Positions 22,249-33,728 of a stretch of 64,000 nucleotides of DNA are shown here, piece after piece (the first letter of the stretch is position 1; each line of letters starts with the position of its first letter). The notes under the pieces were generated by a model. It saw only the letters and a program-made list of their open reading frames with translations. It was not told the DNA's origin and ran no database searches. Made by a program: the position numbers and the translations under genes. Location: NCBI GenBank assembly GCA_002009975.1, contig MTLP01000031.1, positions 1 to 64,000 of the forward strand, read 5' to 3'. The stretch comes from Thermococcus sp. JdFR-02 (GTDB taxonomy: Archaea > Methanobacteriota_B > Thermococci > Thermococcales > Thermococcaceae).

Positions 22249-22389
22249 TTAGCTTTTACAAAGATTAGCAAAGAGATATGCGACTTTTACTAACATCCGT
22301 CTAATAATTAAACAGCAATTTAAGTTAATGTTAAATGATTTGCAAAATACTGCAAATACAAAAGAGACAAACAGAAAAGAAAAAATGCT

Positions 22390-23037
22390 TCATCTTGAAG
22401 CTTGAGCAATCCTTTCGATTTCTTCCTTCTTGCTGTAAGCAAAGCTCTTTGTGTCTTTGTTTGCAGCGGCGATTATTTCTTCAGCTAAAGCCTCTGCATA
22501 GCTTGTCTTATTTCTATAACACTTAGCGCTTGCACCAAGAGCAATGTTTCTCAAAGCAACATCCAATCTCCTTGAAGGTGAAATATCAACAGCTAAGTGG
22601 TACCTAATACCACCGAACATAACTGTAGTTGTGTCTTCTCTTGGAGCTGAGTTCTCAATAGCTCTAATTAAAACTTGAATTGGATTTTGCTTTGTTCTCT
22701 TCTCAATGATCTCGAATGCTTGCTTAACAACCTCATAAGCCTTAATCTTCTTGCTCATTAAGGATCTGTGCTCTCTTCTCATGAAGTGACCAGCCACTTT
22801 GTAACTTGAAGCACCACTTCTCATTACCTTGTTAATTAGTCTCTCAACTATGTGCATGTTAATTTTCCCAAAGCTTTTCTTTGCATACCTTCCATGTGTG
22901 TGAGGTAAAAGCCTTGGTTCTAAGTTAATGTAAGGTCTCAATGAAGGATCATTGACAACAACATCTTCAACGCTCCATCTACCAAAGACCTTAAGCTCCT
23001 TTGGTTGGAAAAATCTCTCTTGTAAGCTCTTTGCCAT
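22390..23037 (-). CDS. rpsG: 30S ribosomal protein S7 (uS7)
   Basis: [29 protein letters not shown]. Confidence 0.98.
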   Translation of the reverse strand: MAKSLQERFFQPKELKVFGRWSVEDVVVNDPSLRPYINLEPRLLPHTHGRYAKKSFGKINMHIVERLINKVMRSGASSYKVAGHFMRREHRSLMSKKIKAYEVVKQAFEIIEKRTKQNPIQVLIRAIENSAPREDTTTVMFGGIRYHLAVDISPSRRLDVALRNIALGASAKCYRNKTSYAEALAEEIIAAANKDTKSFAYSKKEEIERIAQASR

Positions 23038-23042
23038 AATCA

Positions 23043-23486
23043 TCACCTTCTCGGCTTTTCTTTTCTACCCTTAACCAATTCTTTAAGTGAAACTCTGTTA
23101 ACCTTGACTACCTTATACCTAATTCCTGGAATATCACCCATTGAACCACCCATTGCACCGCCTATTCCCTCAATGATAACTTCATCGTGTTCATCAATGT
23201 GATTAATTGCACCGTCACCTGGAGTAAATGCAGTAACCACTCTACCATTCTTAATTAATTGAACTCTAACTGCTTTTCTCATACCGGAGTTTGGTTGCTT
23301 AGCTTCAACAGCAATCTTCTCTAAAACTATTCCTCTTGCTTGGGGTGCTCCTTCTAGTGGATCGCTCTTTTCCTTGAGTCTTAGCACTCTTCTCTTGAAT
23401 GTAATATCACTCCATCTGAACTTTTTTCTCTTGAGCTTAAGCTTTCTTCCAGCAAATTCTCCATATGGGGCTTTTTTACCAGGCAT
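23043..23486 (-). CDS. rpsL: 30S ribosomal protein S12 (uS12)
   Basis: [21 protein letters not shown]. Confidence 0.98.
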   Translation of the reverse strand: MPGKKAPYGEFAGRKLKLKRKKFRWSDITFKRRVLRLKEKSDPLEGAPQARGIVLEKIAVEAKQPNSGMRKAVRVQLIKNGRVVTAFTPGDGAINHIDEHDEVIIEGIGGAMGGSMGDIPGIRYKVVKVNRVSLKELVKGRKEKPRR

Positions 23487-23496
23487 GATCATCACC

Positions 23497-23934
23497 TCAA
23501 ATTATTACCACATCCTCAATCCCATGATGTCTCTCCATCAATTCTTTTACTAAATTTATAGTTTGCCCCCCTCTACCAATCGCCCTTGGTTTATCCCTTG
23601 GACTTATATCCAAGAGGGCAACTTTCTTACCATTCTTCTTTTCGGTGATATGAACTTTTTTAACCTTTACGCCTACACTCCTATAAATGTTTCTGAGGAA
23701 TTCCTCGGGATTCTCTGAATGCTCTATCAAGTCAATGCCTTTTCCAAGCATCTCTTGGACTCTTCTAACGTTCATACCTCTCTTACCTAATGCTAAGCCC
23801 ATCTCACCCTTCTTTATGACATAGATTAAGCGATTCTTGTTCCTGTCTATGATACAGTCAAGCACTGTGGCTCCTGTGAAGCTTTCAAAGAGGGCAATAT
23901 ATTTTATTTGATCTGTGTTTAGTTTTAGGGGCAC
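23497..23934 (-). CDS. nusA: Archaeal NusA (KH-domain)
   Basis: GLALGKRG and AIGRGG KH motifs; conserved operon position. Confidence 0.95.
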   Translation of the reverse strand: MPLKLNTDQIKYIALFESFTGATVLDCIIDRNKNRLIYVIKKGEMGLALGKRGMNVRRVQEMLGKGIDLIEHSENPEEFLRNIYRSVGVKVKKVHITEKKNGKKVALLDISPRDKPRAIGRGGQTINLVKELMERHHGIEDVVII

Positions 23935-24239
23935 TATTCTCTACCCCCAGCTAAGGCTAAAATGTTGCTCTCTCCAGGTTCTATTATTGCCAAGGAGGCA
24001 ACTACATATGGTTTACCGCACATCATTCCAAGCTCAATGCTGGTACCCTCGAACTCATAAACGGGAATATTACTGAGCTTTGAATAATAGTAGATATCCT
24101 CCTTGAGTTCCTTTGGTGCATTCTTAGCAACTATGATAAGCTTAGCACCACCCGTCTTTGCAAGCTTAACTGTTTTATTTGAACCTATGATAACCTTACC
24201 AGTTTCCATCGCTTTCCTAAGTTCAAAAGCTAAATCCAT
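23934..24239 (-). CDS. rpl30e: 50S ribosomal protein L30e
   Basis: TGKVIIG, ELG..CGKPY, PGESNI. Confidence 0.96.
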   Translation of the reverse strand: MDLAFELRKAMETGKVIIGSNKTVKLAKTGGAKLIIVAKNAPKELKEDIYYYSKLSNIPVYEFEGTSIELGMMCGKPYVVASLAIIEPGESNILALAGGRE

Positions 24240-24251
24240 AACTACACCCCC

Positions 24252-25430
24252 TTACTCCTTTGGTTTTATTGGTAATTTCATCGTTAATCTAACTATACCC
24301 GTTCCCACGGGTACGGGCTGACCTATTAGGACATTTTCAACGACACCATTTAGGGGATCACTTTCTCCCCTTTCAGCTGCTTCAAATAGATGTTGAACAG
24401 TAATTTCGAAAGCAGCCCTAGCCAATACACTCGCTTTTTCACCAACTATACCGTGTCTACCTATTGGTTTAACTTCCCCATCAAGGGTCATCATATCAGC
24501 GACGAGCATGATATGTCTAACATCAACTTCCAAACCTTGCTCTTGCATTGTTTTAGTAATCTCTTCAATTATAGCATTTCTCGCAGCTTCAATTCCAAGC
24601 ACATCAGCTATTTCACGAATATTGTTTGTTCTTGTCCTCTTTGGGTCAATACCAGGTACTTTGAGTACTTGTTTAAAGTTCGAACCCTCAGTATAGATGA
24701 CGTATTCGTCGCCTTCCTTTCTTATAACCGTTTTTCCTACGCCTGAGAGACCTTTAAGTCTGTGACTTTTAACTTTTTCGGCAATTCTTCTTAGGTCAGA
24801 GATTTTCTCAACCTTCTTTGGTCTCACCCTAAGAGTATAACCTTCAACCTCAAATGCTGCAGTTTTAAACGAAGTTTCAAGTTTCTTTTTGATTTTTTCC
24901 ATAGTTAAACCACTCTTTTCTAAACGCTCTGGATCAATTTCCACAACAAATTCCATATTTATAATGTCCATCGTCATTGATTGGGCTAAATTCACAAGAG
25001 TTGTTCCCTCAATCCTTCTTGCAACCTCTAACGCCTTTTCTCTATCATATTTATGTTCTTCATCAAGGTAAACAGTCATGATTGGAGTTGAAGGATTTTT
25101 CCTTGCATCAACAATTTCTATAATTCTTGGCAAACCTAAGGTTACGTTAATCTCAGCAACACCAGCGTAGTGGAAAGTGTTAAGGGTCATCTGTGTTGAA
25201 GGCTCTCCTATGGACTGAGCAGCAACAGTTCCAATAGCCTCGCCCGGTTCAACAATAGACTTTTCATACTCTTGGACAATTTCCTGTATAATAGCCTCAA
25301 TTTCAGCTTTTTTTAGCTTATATTTTTCATTAAATTTAATGAGCCTTTCATAAAGTTCTTGTTTTGTTTTTTCTGGTAAGGATGAGGCTTTCTTTTCAAC
25401 TAAAGATTTAATGGTAGAAGCAGAAACCAT
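24252..25430 (-). CDS. rpoA2: RNA polymerase subunit A'' (Rpo1C)
   Basis: PGEAIGTVAAQSIGEPSTQMTLNTFH, ARAAFE. Confidence 0.98.
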   Translation of the reverse strand: MVSASTIKSLVEKKASSLPEKTKQELYERLIKFNEKYKLKKAEIEAIIQEIVQEYEKSIVEPGEAIGTVAAQSIGEPSTQMTLNTFHYAGVAEINVTLGLPRIIEIVDARKNPSTPIMTVYLDEEHKYDREKALEVARRIEGTTLVNLAQSMTMDIINMEFVVEIDPERLEKSGLTMEKIKKKLETSFKTAAFEVEGYTLRVRPKKVEKISDLRRIAEKVKSHRLKGLSGVGKTVIRKEGDEYVIYTEGSNFKQVLKVPGIDPKRTRTNNIREIADVLGIEAARNAIIEEITKTMQEQGLEVDVRHIMLVADMMTLDGEVKPIGRHGIVGEKASVLARAAFEITVQHLFEAAERGESDPLNGVVENVLIGQPVPVGTGIVRLTMKLPIKPKE

Positions 25431-25435
25431 CTAAA

Positions 25436-28138
25436 TCACCCCTTCTCCCTAAGTTTTAATAATGTTCTCACAATGATCCTATCAACATCAACAGTTTTAC
25501 CTTGCCAGCTCCTCATTGGATCTATACCATCTTCACCGTACTTAAACTGCACAATGATTCCGCTTGGGTCTCTAACTGTTCCATCGTAATCCACTTTCAA
25601 ATCTTGGAGAGCATTGATTAATCTTCTTTGCATGTAACCACTTTGTGCCGTTCTAACTGCTGTATCAACCAATCCCTCTCTACCACCCATTGCGTGGAAG
25701 AAGTACTCTGCTGGAGTTAGTCCGCTCTTATAAGAGTTAATGATAAACCCTTTCGCCCTTGCACCCAAGTCTCTTCTCTTAAAGTGAGCCAAAACCCTAT
25801 CCCTATAACCTCTGTACAAACGCTTACCTCTAATGGATTGCTGACCCAATAAAGCTGACATCTGTGTAATGTTAAGTATCTTACCTCTCGCACCTGTCTT
25901 AGCCATGATAACCGCGTGATTATTCATACCTAAATATTGAGAAGCAACTTCACCAGCTTGATCTCTTGACTCTGCTAATACTGCCATTATCTTGCTCTCC
26001 AAGGTCTCCTCTAGCGTCTTACCAGGCAAAGGCTCTAATTCCTCATTTTCATAGGCTTCAATTAATCTTTGAACTTTTTGCTCTGCTTCCCTAATTATCT
26101 CCCTAATTCTCTCAATTGCCTCTTGTGGCAAGTCTTCATCATCTATTGCTGTTGTAAATCCTCTGTGGGTAATTACCCAAATTGCTAGTTTTGTCACTTG
26201 ATCAAGGAATTGTCTTGCCCTTTCAACCCCGTATTCTCTCACTATAATGTCAAGGATTTTGCCATCTTCCCTGCCATAGGCTTTCTTGTCAATAGCACCG
26301 CTCAAAAGCTTTCCGTTTCTAATATAAACAAATCCATCTGTTGCAACTTTCCTTATCTCCTCTTTACTTGGAATGAGCTTCTCTTCAATTAACTTTTCAA
26401 TAGCCTCACATTCCTTTGGGTCCTCACACAACTTATTGCGATACCAAATCGTCAAATCCTTTGGTAGCAACAATGAGAATATGGTCTTCCCACTCCAAAG
26501 CTCAATCCCATTCTCCACCTTATCAGGCTTTGGCAGTTCCTCAACCTCAACTCCTGCAAACATTAACATTTGTTCAACTTCAAGCCTTGTGAAGTACGCT
26601 CCTTCCCTAGTCAAGAGATAACCGCCAGAGATGTGGTCTTGAATTCCACCAATAATAGGACCACCATACCTTGGTGAAATAATGTGATTTTGGACTTCCA
26701 TCAAGATTCTCGCTTCAGCTTGGGCTTCTTCAGTCTGTGGGACGTGAAGGTTCATCTCATCTCCATCAAAATCAGCGTTGTATGGAGGACATACTGCTAA
26801 GTTTAGTCTAAAAGTCTTATAGGGCATGACTCTAACACGGTGCGCCATGATGCTCATACGGTGAAGTGAAGGTTGTCTGTTAAAGAGAACTATATCCCCA
26901 TCCATTAAGTGCCTCTCCACTGTCCACCCAATGTCAATCATCTCAACTAAGGTTTCTCTGTTAGTTTCCATTATCCTAATCCTTCTCCCCTCTGGGTCAA
27001 TTACATAATTTGCCCCCGGGTATTTCTCAGGACCATTGAGGATTAATTTTTTAAGCTTTTCAATGTTGAACTCAGTAACCTTTTCTGGAACAGTCAACTC
27101 CATTGCAACATCCATTGGAACTCCAACTTCGTTAATACTAATCATTGGATCAGGGCTAATAACGGTTCTTGCAGAGAAGTTAACTCTCTTACCGCTTAAG
27201 TTTCCTCTAAATCTACCTTCCTTACCCTTGAGTCTCTGGGCTAATGTTTTTAGAGGTCTTCCGCTCTTATGCTTAGCAGCTGGAACTCCAGAGGTCTCGT
27301 TGTTTATATAAGTGGTGACGTGATACTGCAATAAATCCCACAAGTCCTCGATAATTAGTTGAGGAGCACCTGCCTCAATGTTCGTTTTAAGACGGTTGTT
27401 AATCCTAATGATGTCAACAAGCTTGTGAGTTAGATCATCTTCAGCCCTTATACCGCTCTCCAATGTGATTGAAGGTCTAACAGTAACTGGTGGAACTGGT
27501 AAAACAGTGAGAACCATCCATTCTGGTCTTGACTTTTCTCTGTCAAGCCCAAGTAAGGGCAAGTCTTTATCTGGAATTCTCTCCAATCTATCTCTTACCT
27601 CGCTCGGCATCATTCTGTGCTTCTCTTCTCCTCTAATTTCCCAGTAGATGGTTGGTCTTTCAAACTTTAGCTCATATTGTGGAGCACCACAGTGAGGACA
27701 AACTTTTCTTTCCTTGGCTTTCTTGTGAATCTCTTTAATGAGTTTCTCCCTTACTTTTCTCCTGTTCTCTATAAGCTCAAATTTCTTCATGTAGCCTTCA
27801 ATTTCTTCATCAGTTAACTTTATCCTTCCACATTCCCTACACGTGCTTTCTAAAACTCTGTAGATTGTCTTTGCAAATCCAACATGAATTACTGGTCTAG
27901 CGAGCTCTATATGACCAAAATGTCCCGGACATTCACCGTATCTTGCTCCACAAGTTTCACACCTCAATCCAGGGTCAATGACGCCCAAGCGCTTATCCAT
28001 TAATCCTCCTTCTATTGGGTAACCATCGTCATCATAAGTGTCTGGAACAGTGACTTCTACTGCACTCATCTTACGAATTTCCTGAGGGGAAAGAATACCA
28101 AACTCAATACTACCAATAACCCTTTTTATTGACTGCAT
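25436..28138 (-). CDS. rpoA1: RNA polymerase subunit A' (Rpo1N)
   Basis: YNADFDGDEMN catalytic motif, Zn ribbons. Confidence 0.99.
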   Translation of the reverse strand: MQSIKRVIGSIEFGILSPQEIRKMSAVEVTVPDTYDDDGYPIEGGLMDKRLGVIDPGLRCETCGARYGECPGHFGHIELARPVIHVGFAKTIYRVLESTCRECGRIKLTDEEIEGYMKKFELIENRRKVREKLIKEIHKKAKERKVCPHCGAPQYELKFERPTIYWEIRGEEKHRMMPSEVRDRLERIPDKDLPLLGLDREKSRPEWMVLTVLPVPPVTVRPSITLESGIRAEDDLTHKLVDIIRINNRLKTNIEAGAPQLIIEDLWDLLQYHVTTYINNETSGVPAAKHKSGRPLKTLAQRLKGKEGRFRGNLSGKRVNFSARTVISPDPMISINEVGVPMDVAMELTVPEKVTEFNIEKLKKLILNGPEKYPGANYVIDPEGRRIRIMETNRETLVEMIDIGWTVERHLMDGDIVLFNRQPSLHRMSIMAHRVRVMPYKTFRLNLAVCPPYNADFDGDEMNLHVPQTEEAQAEARILMEVQNHIISPRYGGPIIGGIQDHISGGYLLTREGAYFTRLEVEQMLMFAGVEVEELPKPDKVENGIELWSGKTIFSLLLPKDLTIWYRNKLCEDPKECEAIEKLIEEKLIPSKEEIRKVATDGFVYIRNGKLLSGAIDKKAYGREDGKILDIIVREYGVERARQFLDQVTKLAIWVITHRGFTTAIDDEDLPQEAIERIREIIREAEQKVQRLIEAYENEELEPLPGKTLEETLESKIMAVLAESRDQAGEVASQYLGMNNHAVIMAKTGARGKILNITQMSALLGQQSIRGKRLYRGYRDRVLAHFKRRDLGARAKGFIINSYKSGLTPAEYFFHAMGGREGLVDTAVRTAQSGYMQRRLINALQDLKVDYDGTVRDPSGIIVQFKYGEDGIDPMRSWQGKTVDVDRIIVRTLLKLREKG

Positions 28139-28143
28139 GATCA

Positions 28144-31100
28144 TCACACCCTATCCTTTAACTTTAGAGATGGTCTTATTACCAAAGCCTTCAACTCATC
28201 TAACAACAGCTTGAAGGCATAACTCATCTCTACTTTACCTATCCTCTCTGTTTCTCCACATACTGGGCAGTAAACTTGTCCTTTACGCTTGTCTTCCAGT
28301 GCTAAATGTCCACAGTTTTCACATACCCATACCTCTGTCTTGTCACTTTCTTCAAGTAATCTTTCTATGAGAAGCATTGCTGCACCATGCCCAACTAAGA
28401 CGTCTCTTTCCATCTCACCAAACCTAAGACCACCTTCTCTTGCTCTACCTTCGGTTGGTTGCTTTGTAAGCACTTGAACAGGACCTCTTGAACGAGCGTG
28501 CATCTTGTCGGCAACCATATGGTGAAGTCTTTGGTAGTAGATGACACCAATAAATATGTCCGCTTCTAACCTTCTTCCAGTTATTCCGTCGTACATTACT
28601 TCTCTTCCGCTGTGCTTAAATCCAAGCTCCTCCAACTCTTTCCTTAATTTTTCTTCTGGCTCTCCAATAAATGCTGTTCCATCAACCCTTCTTCCCTTTA
28701 AAGCAGCAACCTTTCCACCAATAGCTTCAATTAATTGACCAACGGTCATTCTTGATGGAATACCGTGTGGGTTGACTATTATATCTGGAATGATTCCATT
28801 TTCAGTCCAAGGCATATCTTCTTGGGGAACTATCAAACCAATGACACCTTTTTGTCCATGTCTTGAAGCAAATTTATCACCGAGTTCTGGGATTCTAAGG
28901 TCTCTAACAGTCACTTTTACCAACTTAGTGCCATCTCCAGTCTCTGTGATAATAACCTTATCCACAACACCCGTCTCACTTGGTCTTACACCAATACTGG
29001 TTTCTCTCCTTTCTTGAAGTATTATACCACCTAAACCCGTTTGCTCTTCAAGGAATCTTGGTGGTGAAGTCCTACCCACTAAAACATCTTTACCGTTAAC
29101 CTTTGATTCTGGGAATATTATACCATCTTCATCTAAGTTTCTGTAGTATTTTTCTCCTCTAAAGCCCTTAACCGTTGGATCTGGAATTTCGAACTTGTCT
29201 GTTTGACCACCCAAGTACTTCTTCTCCTCGGCTTCATAAGTTCTGAAGAAAGTGCTCCTTGCTAATCCCCTCTCAATCGAAGCCTTGTTGATAATTACAG
29301 CATCTTCCATGTTGTAACCTTGATAGGCTAAAACTGCTACAACGAAGTTTTGTCCAGCAGGTCTCTCTTCAAAACCAACGGCTTTCATTATCCTTGAGTT
29401 AACCAATGGAACTTGTGGATAGTGCATTAAATGACCTCTTGTATCAACCCTAATTCTAAAGTTAGCCCATCCCAAACCTAGGCTTTGCTTTGCCATACCT
29501 GCTCCATAGGTGTTTCTTGGAGCAGCATTGTGCTCTGGGTAAGGAACTAAAGAAGCAGGGATTCCTAATATTGCAGCGGGCATTAACTCAAGGTGAGTGT
29601 GTTCTTCTGTAACTTCCCATGGCCACATGGCAACATAAGCGTTTTCCTCTTCCTCTGCATCTAAGTATTCAATAACCCCCATCCTAACCAAATCACTCCA
29701 AGTTAGCTTACCGCTCTTTATCCCCTCTACATGCTCTCTGGTAAGCTTTGGTTCTCCGTTCTCTACAATAACCAGAGGTCTTCTAACTCTACCATCATCA
29801 CTGTTAACGTAGATTTCCTTAACCTCATCATAATAGGCGATGTTTATTATATCACTAATCTTTCCACTTCTCCTATCGCTCTTAACCTTGTTCACCAAAG
29901 CTAAGCCATCTTCAACTGTTCCAATTAAGACACCATTAAGGTAAACTCTCCAAATGTTTGGATTTGGTCTCCTCTCCTCAACACTAACTACCCCGAGCTT
30001 TCTTAGATATTTAAGAACTTCCTCTTCAGAGATTGCAGTTGTAATTTGAGACATTAAAGCCAAGTTTTTAACTAAACCACAGTTTGGACCTTCTGGAGTT
30101 TCTGTTGGACAAATTCTACCCCAATGGGTACCGTGCAGATCTCTTGCCTCGAAATGAGGTTGATCTCTACTTAAAGGTGAAGTTACTCTTCTTAAGTGAG
30201 ATAGTGTTGACATATAGTTCGTTCTATCTAACAGTTGACTAACACCTGTTCTTCCACCTGGCCAAGCACCTGTTGCTAAAGCATGCTCTATCCTCTCACT
30301 CAATACATCTGGTCTTACAGAGTTTTTAACGAACCTCTGCACATTCTCAAAGACGTATTTTTCTCCTTTTCTTTGATAGGTCTTAGTTAGTTGATATTGC
30401 ATGTCTTTGATCAATTGACCAAAAGCAACTCTAAATAGATCCTTAAGCAAATCTCCCGCTAGCCTTAATCTCTTATTTGCGTAATGATCTTTATCATCCT
30501 CTTTTCTCAAACCGAGAGAAAGTTCCAGAACCTTTAGAGCCATCATTCCCAGATAGTATGCTTTCTTAATCCTATCTTCAGGCTTAACTCCCATATGAGG
30601 CAATAAGTTGTTGTCAATTACATACTCTGCTCTTCTAATCCTATACTCCTTTGGTTGCCCGGGTAGTACTCTCTTTCCAATATATTCCAAAGCCTCTTGC
30701 TGGGTTTGTATATCTGCAGCATCATCAAGATTGTCAAACAATTCCTTCTGAATTTCTGGATCATCAGAAACGGCTTCCACAATCTCTCTATCACTCTCAA
30801 GACCCAAAGCACGCATGACAGCAACAAACTTCACAACACCGGGGACGTTTGGTATAGAAACGTATAAAAGCCCATCTTTACGCTTTTCAACTGCAATTAA
30901 AGCCCTATAGCCATGTCTATACGAGAAACACTTTGCTATGTACTTATCCGCACGCTCATCTCTCTCAACTAATGTTCTATTTGGAGCTAAATCTTCAATA
31001 GAAACAATAACCCTCTCAGAACCGTTAATTATAAAGTATCCTCCTGGATCCTTTGGATCCTCACCATGCTTTATCAGTTCCTCATCGGACATTCCATACA

Positions 31101-31500
31101 AACGGCAGACCTTTGACTTTAGCATTATTGGTAGTTCCCCAATCCTAACTTCCACTGGCTCTTGCTCTATGCCGTTAATAACTGGTATCATCTCCAAGTA
31201 AATTGGGGCTGCATAAGTTAAGTTTCTAATTCTAGCTTCCATTGGATACAGAGGTTTTCTTTGACCTTGAGCTTCTTGGAATTCTGGCTCCCCAACTCTA
31301 ATCCTTCCAAACTTCACCTCAAAGTTCGGTATATCTGGCTTTATAACTCTAAACTCATTAACGACTTCCTGCATTCCATAGTCTATGAAAGCATTGTAAG
31401 AGTCAAGATGCTGCCTTACAAGACCTTTTTCGTTCCAATAACTCTCCATAACATGCCAAAGGTCATCTGGATTAATATCTATAACCGTAGGACCTCTCAT
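28144..31500 (-). CDS. rpoB: RNA polymerase subunit B (Rpo2, unsplit)
   Basis: [23 protein letters not shown]. Confidence 0.99.
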   Translation of the reverse strand: MRGPTVIDINPDDLWHVMESYWNEKGLVRQHLDSYNAFIDYGMQEVVNEFRVIKPDIPNFEVKFGRIRVGEPEFQEAQGQRKPLYPMEARIRNLTYAAPIYLEMIPVINGIEQEPVEVRIGELPIMLKSKVCRLYGMSDEELIKHGEDPKDPGGYFIINGSERVIVSIEDLAPNRTLVERDERADKYIAKCFSYRHGYRALIAVEKRKDGLLYVSIPNVPGVVKFVAVMRALGLESDREIVEAVSDDPEIQKELFDNLDDAADIQTQQEALEYIGKRVLPGQPKEYRIRRAEYVIDNNLLPHMGVKPEDRIKKAYYLGMMALKVLELSLGLRKEDDKDHYANKRLRLAGDLLKDLFRVAFGQLIKDMQYQLTKTYQRKGEKYVFENVQRFVKNSVRPDVLSERIEHALATGAWPGGRTGVSQLLDRTNYMSTLSHLRRVTSPLSRDQPHFEARDLHGTHWGRICPTETPEGPNCGLVKNLALMSQITTAISEEEVLKYLRKLGVVSVEERRPNPNIWRVYLNGVLIGTVEDGLALVNKVKSDRRSGKISDIINIAYYDEVKEIYVNSDDGRVRRPLVIVENGEPKLTREHVEGIKSGKLTWSDLVRMGVIEYLDAEEEENAYVAMWPWEVTEEHTHLELMPAAILGIPASLVPYPEHNAAPRNTYGAGMAKQSLGLGWANFRIRVDTRGHLMHYPQVPLVNSRIMKAVGFEERPAGQNFVVAVLAYQGYNMEDAVIINKASIERGLARSTFFRTYEAEEKKYLGGQTDKFEIPDPTVKGFRGEKYYRNLDEDGIIFPESKVNGKDVLVGRTSPPRFLEEQTGLGGIILQERRETSIGVRPSETGVVDKVIITETGDGTKLVKVTVRDLRIPELGDKFASRHGQKGVIGLIVPQEDMPWTENGIIPDIIVNPHGIPSRMTVGQLIEAIGGKVAALKGRRVDGTAFIGEPEEKLRKELEELGFKHSGREVMYDGITGRRLEADIFIGVIYYQRLHHMVADKMHARSRGPVQVLTKQPTEGRAREGGLRFGEMERDVLVGHGAAMLLIERLLEESDKTEVWVCENCGHLALEDKRKGQVYCPVCGETERIGKVEMSYAFKLLLDELKALVIRPSLKLKDRV

Positions 31501-31517
31501 AATCTCACCTCAAAAAT

Positions 31518-31766
31518 TCAATCTCCAACAACTATTCTATAATAATAATAGACTCCAGCAGTTGGACTTTTTCTTTTAATCTCTATAACATCTCCTGGCT
31601 TGGCATCTAATGCCTGAACAGCCGGGTCATCAGCCTTTATCTGCGGTAGCTGAGAAAGCTTGATTTTGTACTTTTTAACTAATTCAGCCTTCTCTTCTTC
31701 GCTTAATACCCTATGCTCAGGAACTAACTCATGATCAAATATAGCAAACTCTTTTTTCGCCGTCAC
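31518..31766 (-). CDS. rpoH: RNA polymerase subunit H (Rpo5)
   Basis: HELVPEH, LPQI..DDP, RKSPTAG; GTG start at 31766. Confidence 0.95.
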   Translation of the reverse strand: MTAKKEFAIFDHELVPEHRVLSEEEKAELVKKYKIKLSQLPQIKADDPAVQALDAKPGDVIEIKRKSPTAGVYYYYRIVVGD

Positions 31767-31834
31767 GTAGAATTGCCCCCTTAGAATTTTTAAAAGATGG
31801 AATGAACATGCTAACCTCAAGCTTTAGGTTTGGG

Positions 31835-31849
31835 TATATAAGCTTTTCG
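31835..31849 (-). promoter_or_regulatory. BRE/TATA promoter of the rpo operon
   Basis: Minus strand CGAAAAGCTTATATA. Confidence 0.7.
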
Positions 31850-32031
31850 CGAATCATCTCAACTAACACGCTACATACATCGAAATGAAGGTTTATATTT
31901 ATTGCGCAAAGTTTAAGAAGGGACTTCAAAAGGAAAAAGGCTAAAATAATTGCATTTATGTATATTAATGTTCATTTTACGTAGCTTTATAGTGCTTAGT
32001 TAAAATGGATTTTCTAGAATTAAGGCTGTAA

Positions 32032-32109
32032 TGGTGGGCCCGGGGGGCTTTGAACCCCCGACCACGCGGTTATGAGCCGCGCGCTCTGACCAGGCTGAGC
32101 TACGGGCCC
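32032..32109 (-). tRNA. tRNA with CAT anticodon, most likely tRNA-Ile2 (agmatidine)
   Basis: GGGCCCG acceptor (Ile-type, not initiator AGCGGGG), loop CTCATAA, no intron, CCA. Confidence 0.88.
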
Positions 32110-32118
32110 ATGCAGTGT

Positions 32119-32194
32119 TGGCGCCGCCGCCCCGGCTCGAACGGGGGACCACGCGGTTAACAGCCGCGCGCTCTACCGACTAAGCTACGGCGGC
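32119..32194 (-). tRNA. tRNA-Asn(GTT)
   Basis: GCCGCCG acceptor, loop CTGTTAA, CCA. Confidence 0.96.
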
Positions 32195-32223
32195 ACAGCC
32201 CAATGATAGCAAATAGAACTTGT

Positions 32224-32279
32224 GTTTATAAAGCTTGCGGTGTTTAAAGCCTGTTAAACCTTAGCGAAAACTTTATATA
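32224..32279. promoter_or_regulatory. Divergent tRNA promoters
   Basis: Minus strand CGCAAGCTTTATAAA (about 32225-32239); plus strand CGAAAACTTTATATA (32265-32279). Confidence 0.7.
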
Positions 32280-32305
32280 TTAACCCAGACTTTTCTTCAA
32301 TCGGT

Positions 32306-32382
32306 GCCCCGGTGGCTCAGCCTGGTAGAGCGGCGGACTTGTAATCCGCAGGTCCCGGGTTCAAACCCCGGCCGGGGCTCCA
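32306..32382 (+). tRNA. tRNA-Thr(TGT)
   Basis: GCCCCGG acceptor, loop CTTGTAA, CCA. Confidence 0.96.
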
Positions 32383-32407
32383 TTATCTGGGCTGTTCAGT
32401 GGGACAT

Positions 32408-32485
32408 GGGGCCGTGGGGTAGCTTGGTCTATCCTGCGGGCTTTGGGAGCCCGTGACCCGAGTTCAAATCTCGGCGGCCCCACCA
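32408..32485 (+). tRNA. tRNA-Pro(TGG)
   Basis: GGGGCCG acceptor, loop TTTGGGA, CCA. Confidence 0.96.
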
Positions 32486-32498
32486 TAACGTTTTTCAT

Positions 32499-32575
32499 GC
32501 CCCGGTGGCTCAGCCTGGTAGAGCGCTCGCTTGGTAAGCGAGAGGTCGCGGGTTCAAACCCCGCCCGGGGCTCCA
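32499..32575 (+). tRNA. tRNA-Thr(GGT)
   Basis: GCCCCGG acceptor, loop TTGGTAA, CCA. Confidence 0.96.
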
Positions 32576-32690
32576 TTCTGTTTACTTAATCTGCATAATT
32601 TTCCATTTAGATGACTTTTTATTACCCTTAAATAAGCATTTCTATAGGAATCAACAAAATTTGTGTCCTAATTTCTCCCTTTTGGACAAT

Positions 32691-32726
32691 TGAAACGATC
32701 TGAAACATTCGTTCCATGATGTTCCT
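32691..32726. promoter_or_regulatory. 10-bp-phased hexamer array upstream of the second ABC/NEW3 operon
   Basis: TGAAAC-n4-TGAAAC-n4-GTTCCA-n4-GTTCCT. Confidence 0.4.
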
Positions 32727-32783
32727 TATTTAGGTCTAAACGCTTAGATAGCAATCGAGAATATAGTAACGGAGGCATTTGTA

Positions 32784-33728
32784 ATGTACGTCATTGAAAC
32801 TGATAAACTTACAAAGGTTTATGGAGATATTATTGCAGTCGATCATATTGATCTAAAAGTCAAGAAAAATAGAATATTTGGGTTTTTAGGACCTAACGGA
32901 GCAGGAAAAACAACGACAGTATTGATGCTCTTAGGTTTGATACAGCCCACGGAAGGTAGAGCCTATGTAAATAACATAGATGTTCAAGAAAAACCTATTG
33001 AGGTTAAGAAAATAAGTGGCTATTTACCTTCAGAGAATGGGCTATATCCAAACATGAGCGCTTTAGACAATCTGCTCTTTTTTGCAAAATTCTATAAGAT
33101 CCCAAGGAATGAAGCAAAGAAGATAGCTTTAGATTTGCTTGATCTTGTAGGACTTAAAGAAGTCGCAAAAAAGAAAGTGGGAGAGTTTTCTACAGGAATG
33201 AAGCAACGGTTAGCTTTAGCTCAAGCCCTTATCAACGATCCAGAAATTCTTTTCTTAGATGAACCTACAAGCGGTTTAGACCCAAAAGGGGCAGTTGAAA
33301 TAAGACAACTCATAAAGGACCTTAGAAAAGAAGGCAAAACAATATTTTTAACCTCACATATATTGCCTGAGGTAGATGAAGTATGCGACTCAATAGGGAT
33401 AATAGTTAACGGTAAGCTGGTTGCTATGGGAAGTAAAGAGGAGTTAAAAAGGGCATTTTTGAACGAGAAAGTCAGGATTCTTGTTGAAATTGAGGAATCT
33501 CTACCAGACCTTTCAGAATTTGCAACTGATATTAAACTTTTTACAAAAAACAAGGCAATGATTTATGCTAAGGCTGATATAAGAAAGGAGCTTTTTGAGT
33601 ATCTTAACTCAAATGGATACACGGTTCTTGATCTCCATCTAATGGAACCTACCTTAGAGGAGATCTTTTTGAAAATGGCTTATGGAGAGGAACCTGTATT
33701 AGAAAAAATTACTGAAGGTGAAAGATAA
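32784..33728 (+). CDS. ABC exporter ATP-binding protein
   Basis: GPNGAGKTT, FSTGMKQR, LFLDEP. Confidence 0.93.
   Translation: MYVIETDKLTKVYGDIIAVDHIDLKVKKNRIFGFLGPNGAGKTTTVLMLLGLIQPTEGRAYVNNIDVQEKPIEVKKISGYLPSENGLYPNMSALDNLLFFAKFYKIPRNEAKKIALDLLDLVGLKEVAKKKVGEFSTGMKQRLALAQALINDPEILFLDEPTSGLDPKGAVEIRQLIKDLRKEGKTIFLTSHILPEVDEVCDSIGIIVNGKLVAMGSKEELKRAFLNEKVRILVEIEESLPDLSEFATDIKLFTKNKAMIYAKADIRKELFEYLNSNGYTVLDLHLMEPTLEEIFLKMAYGEEPVLEKITEGER

Noticed and set aside
32032-32109. Calling the CAT tRNA a tRNA-Met
   Set aside because: The GGGCCCG acceptor stem and the absence of initiator features or an intron fit Ile2 better.
32361-32576. 71-aa ORF MEPRAGFEPATSR...
   Set aside because: Antisense shadow of the tRNA-Thr and tRNA-Pro genes.
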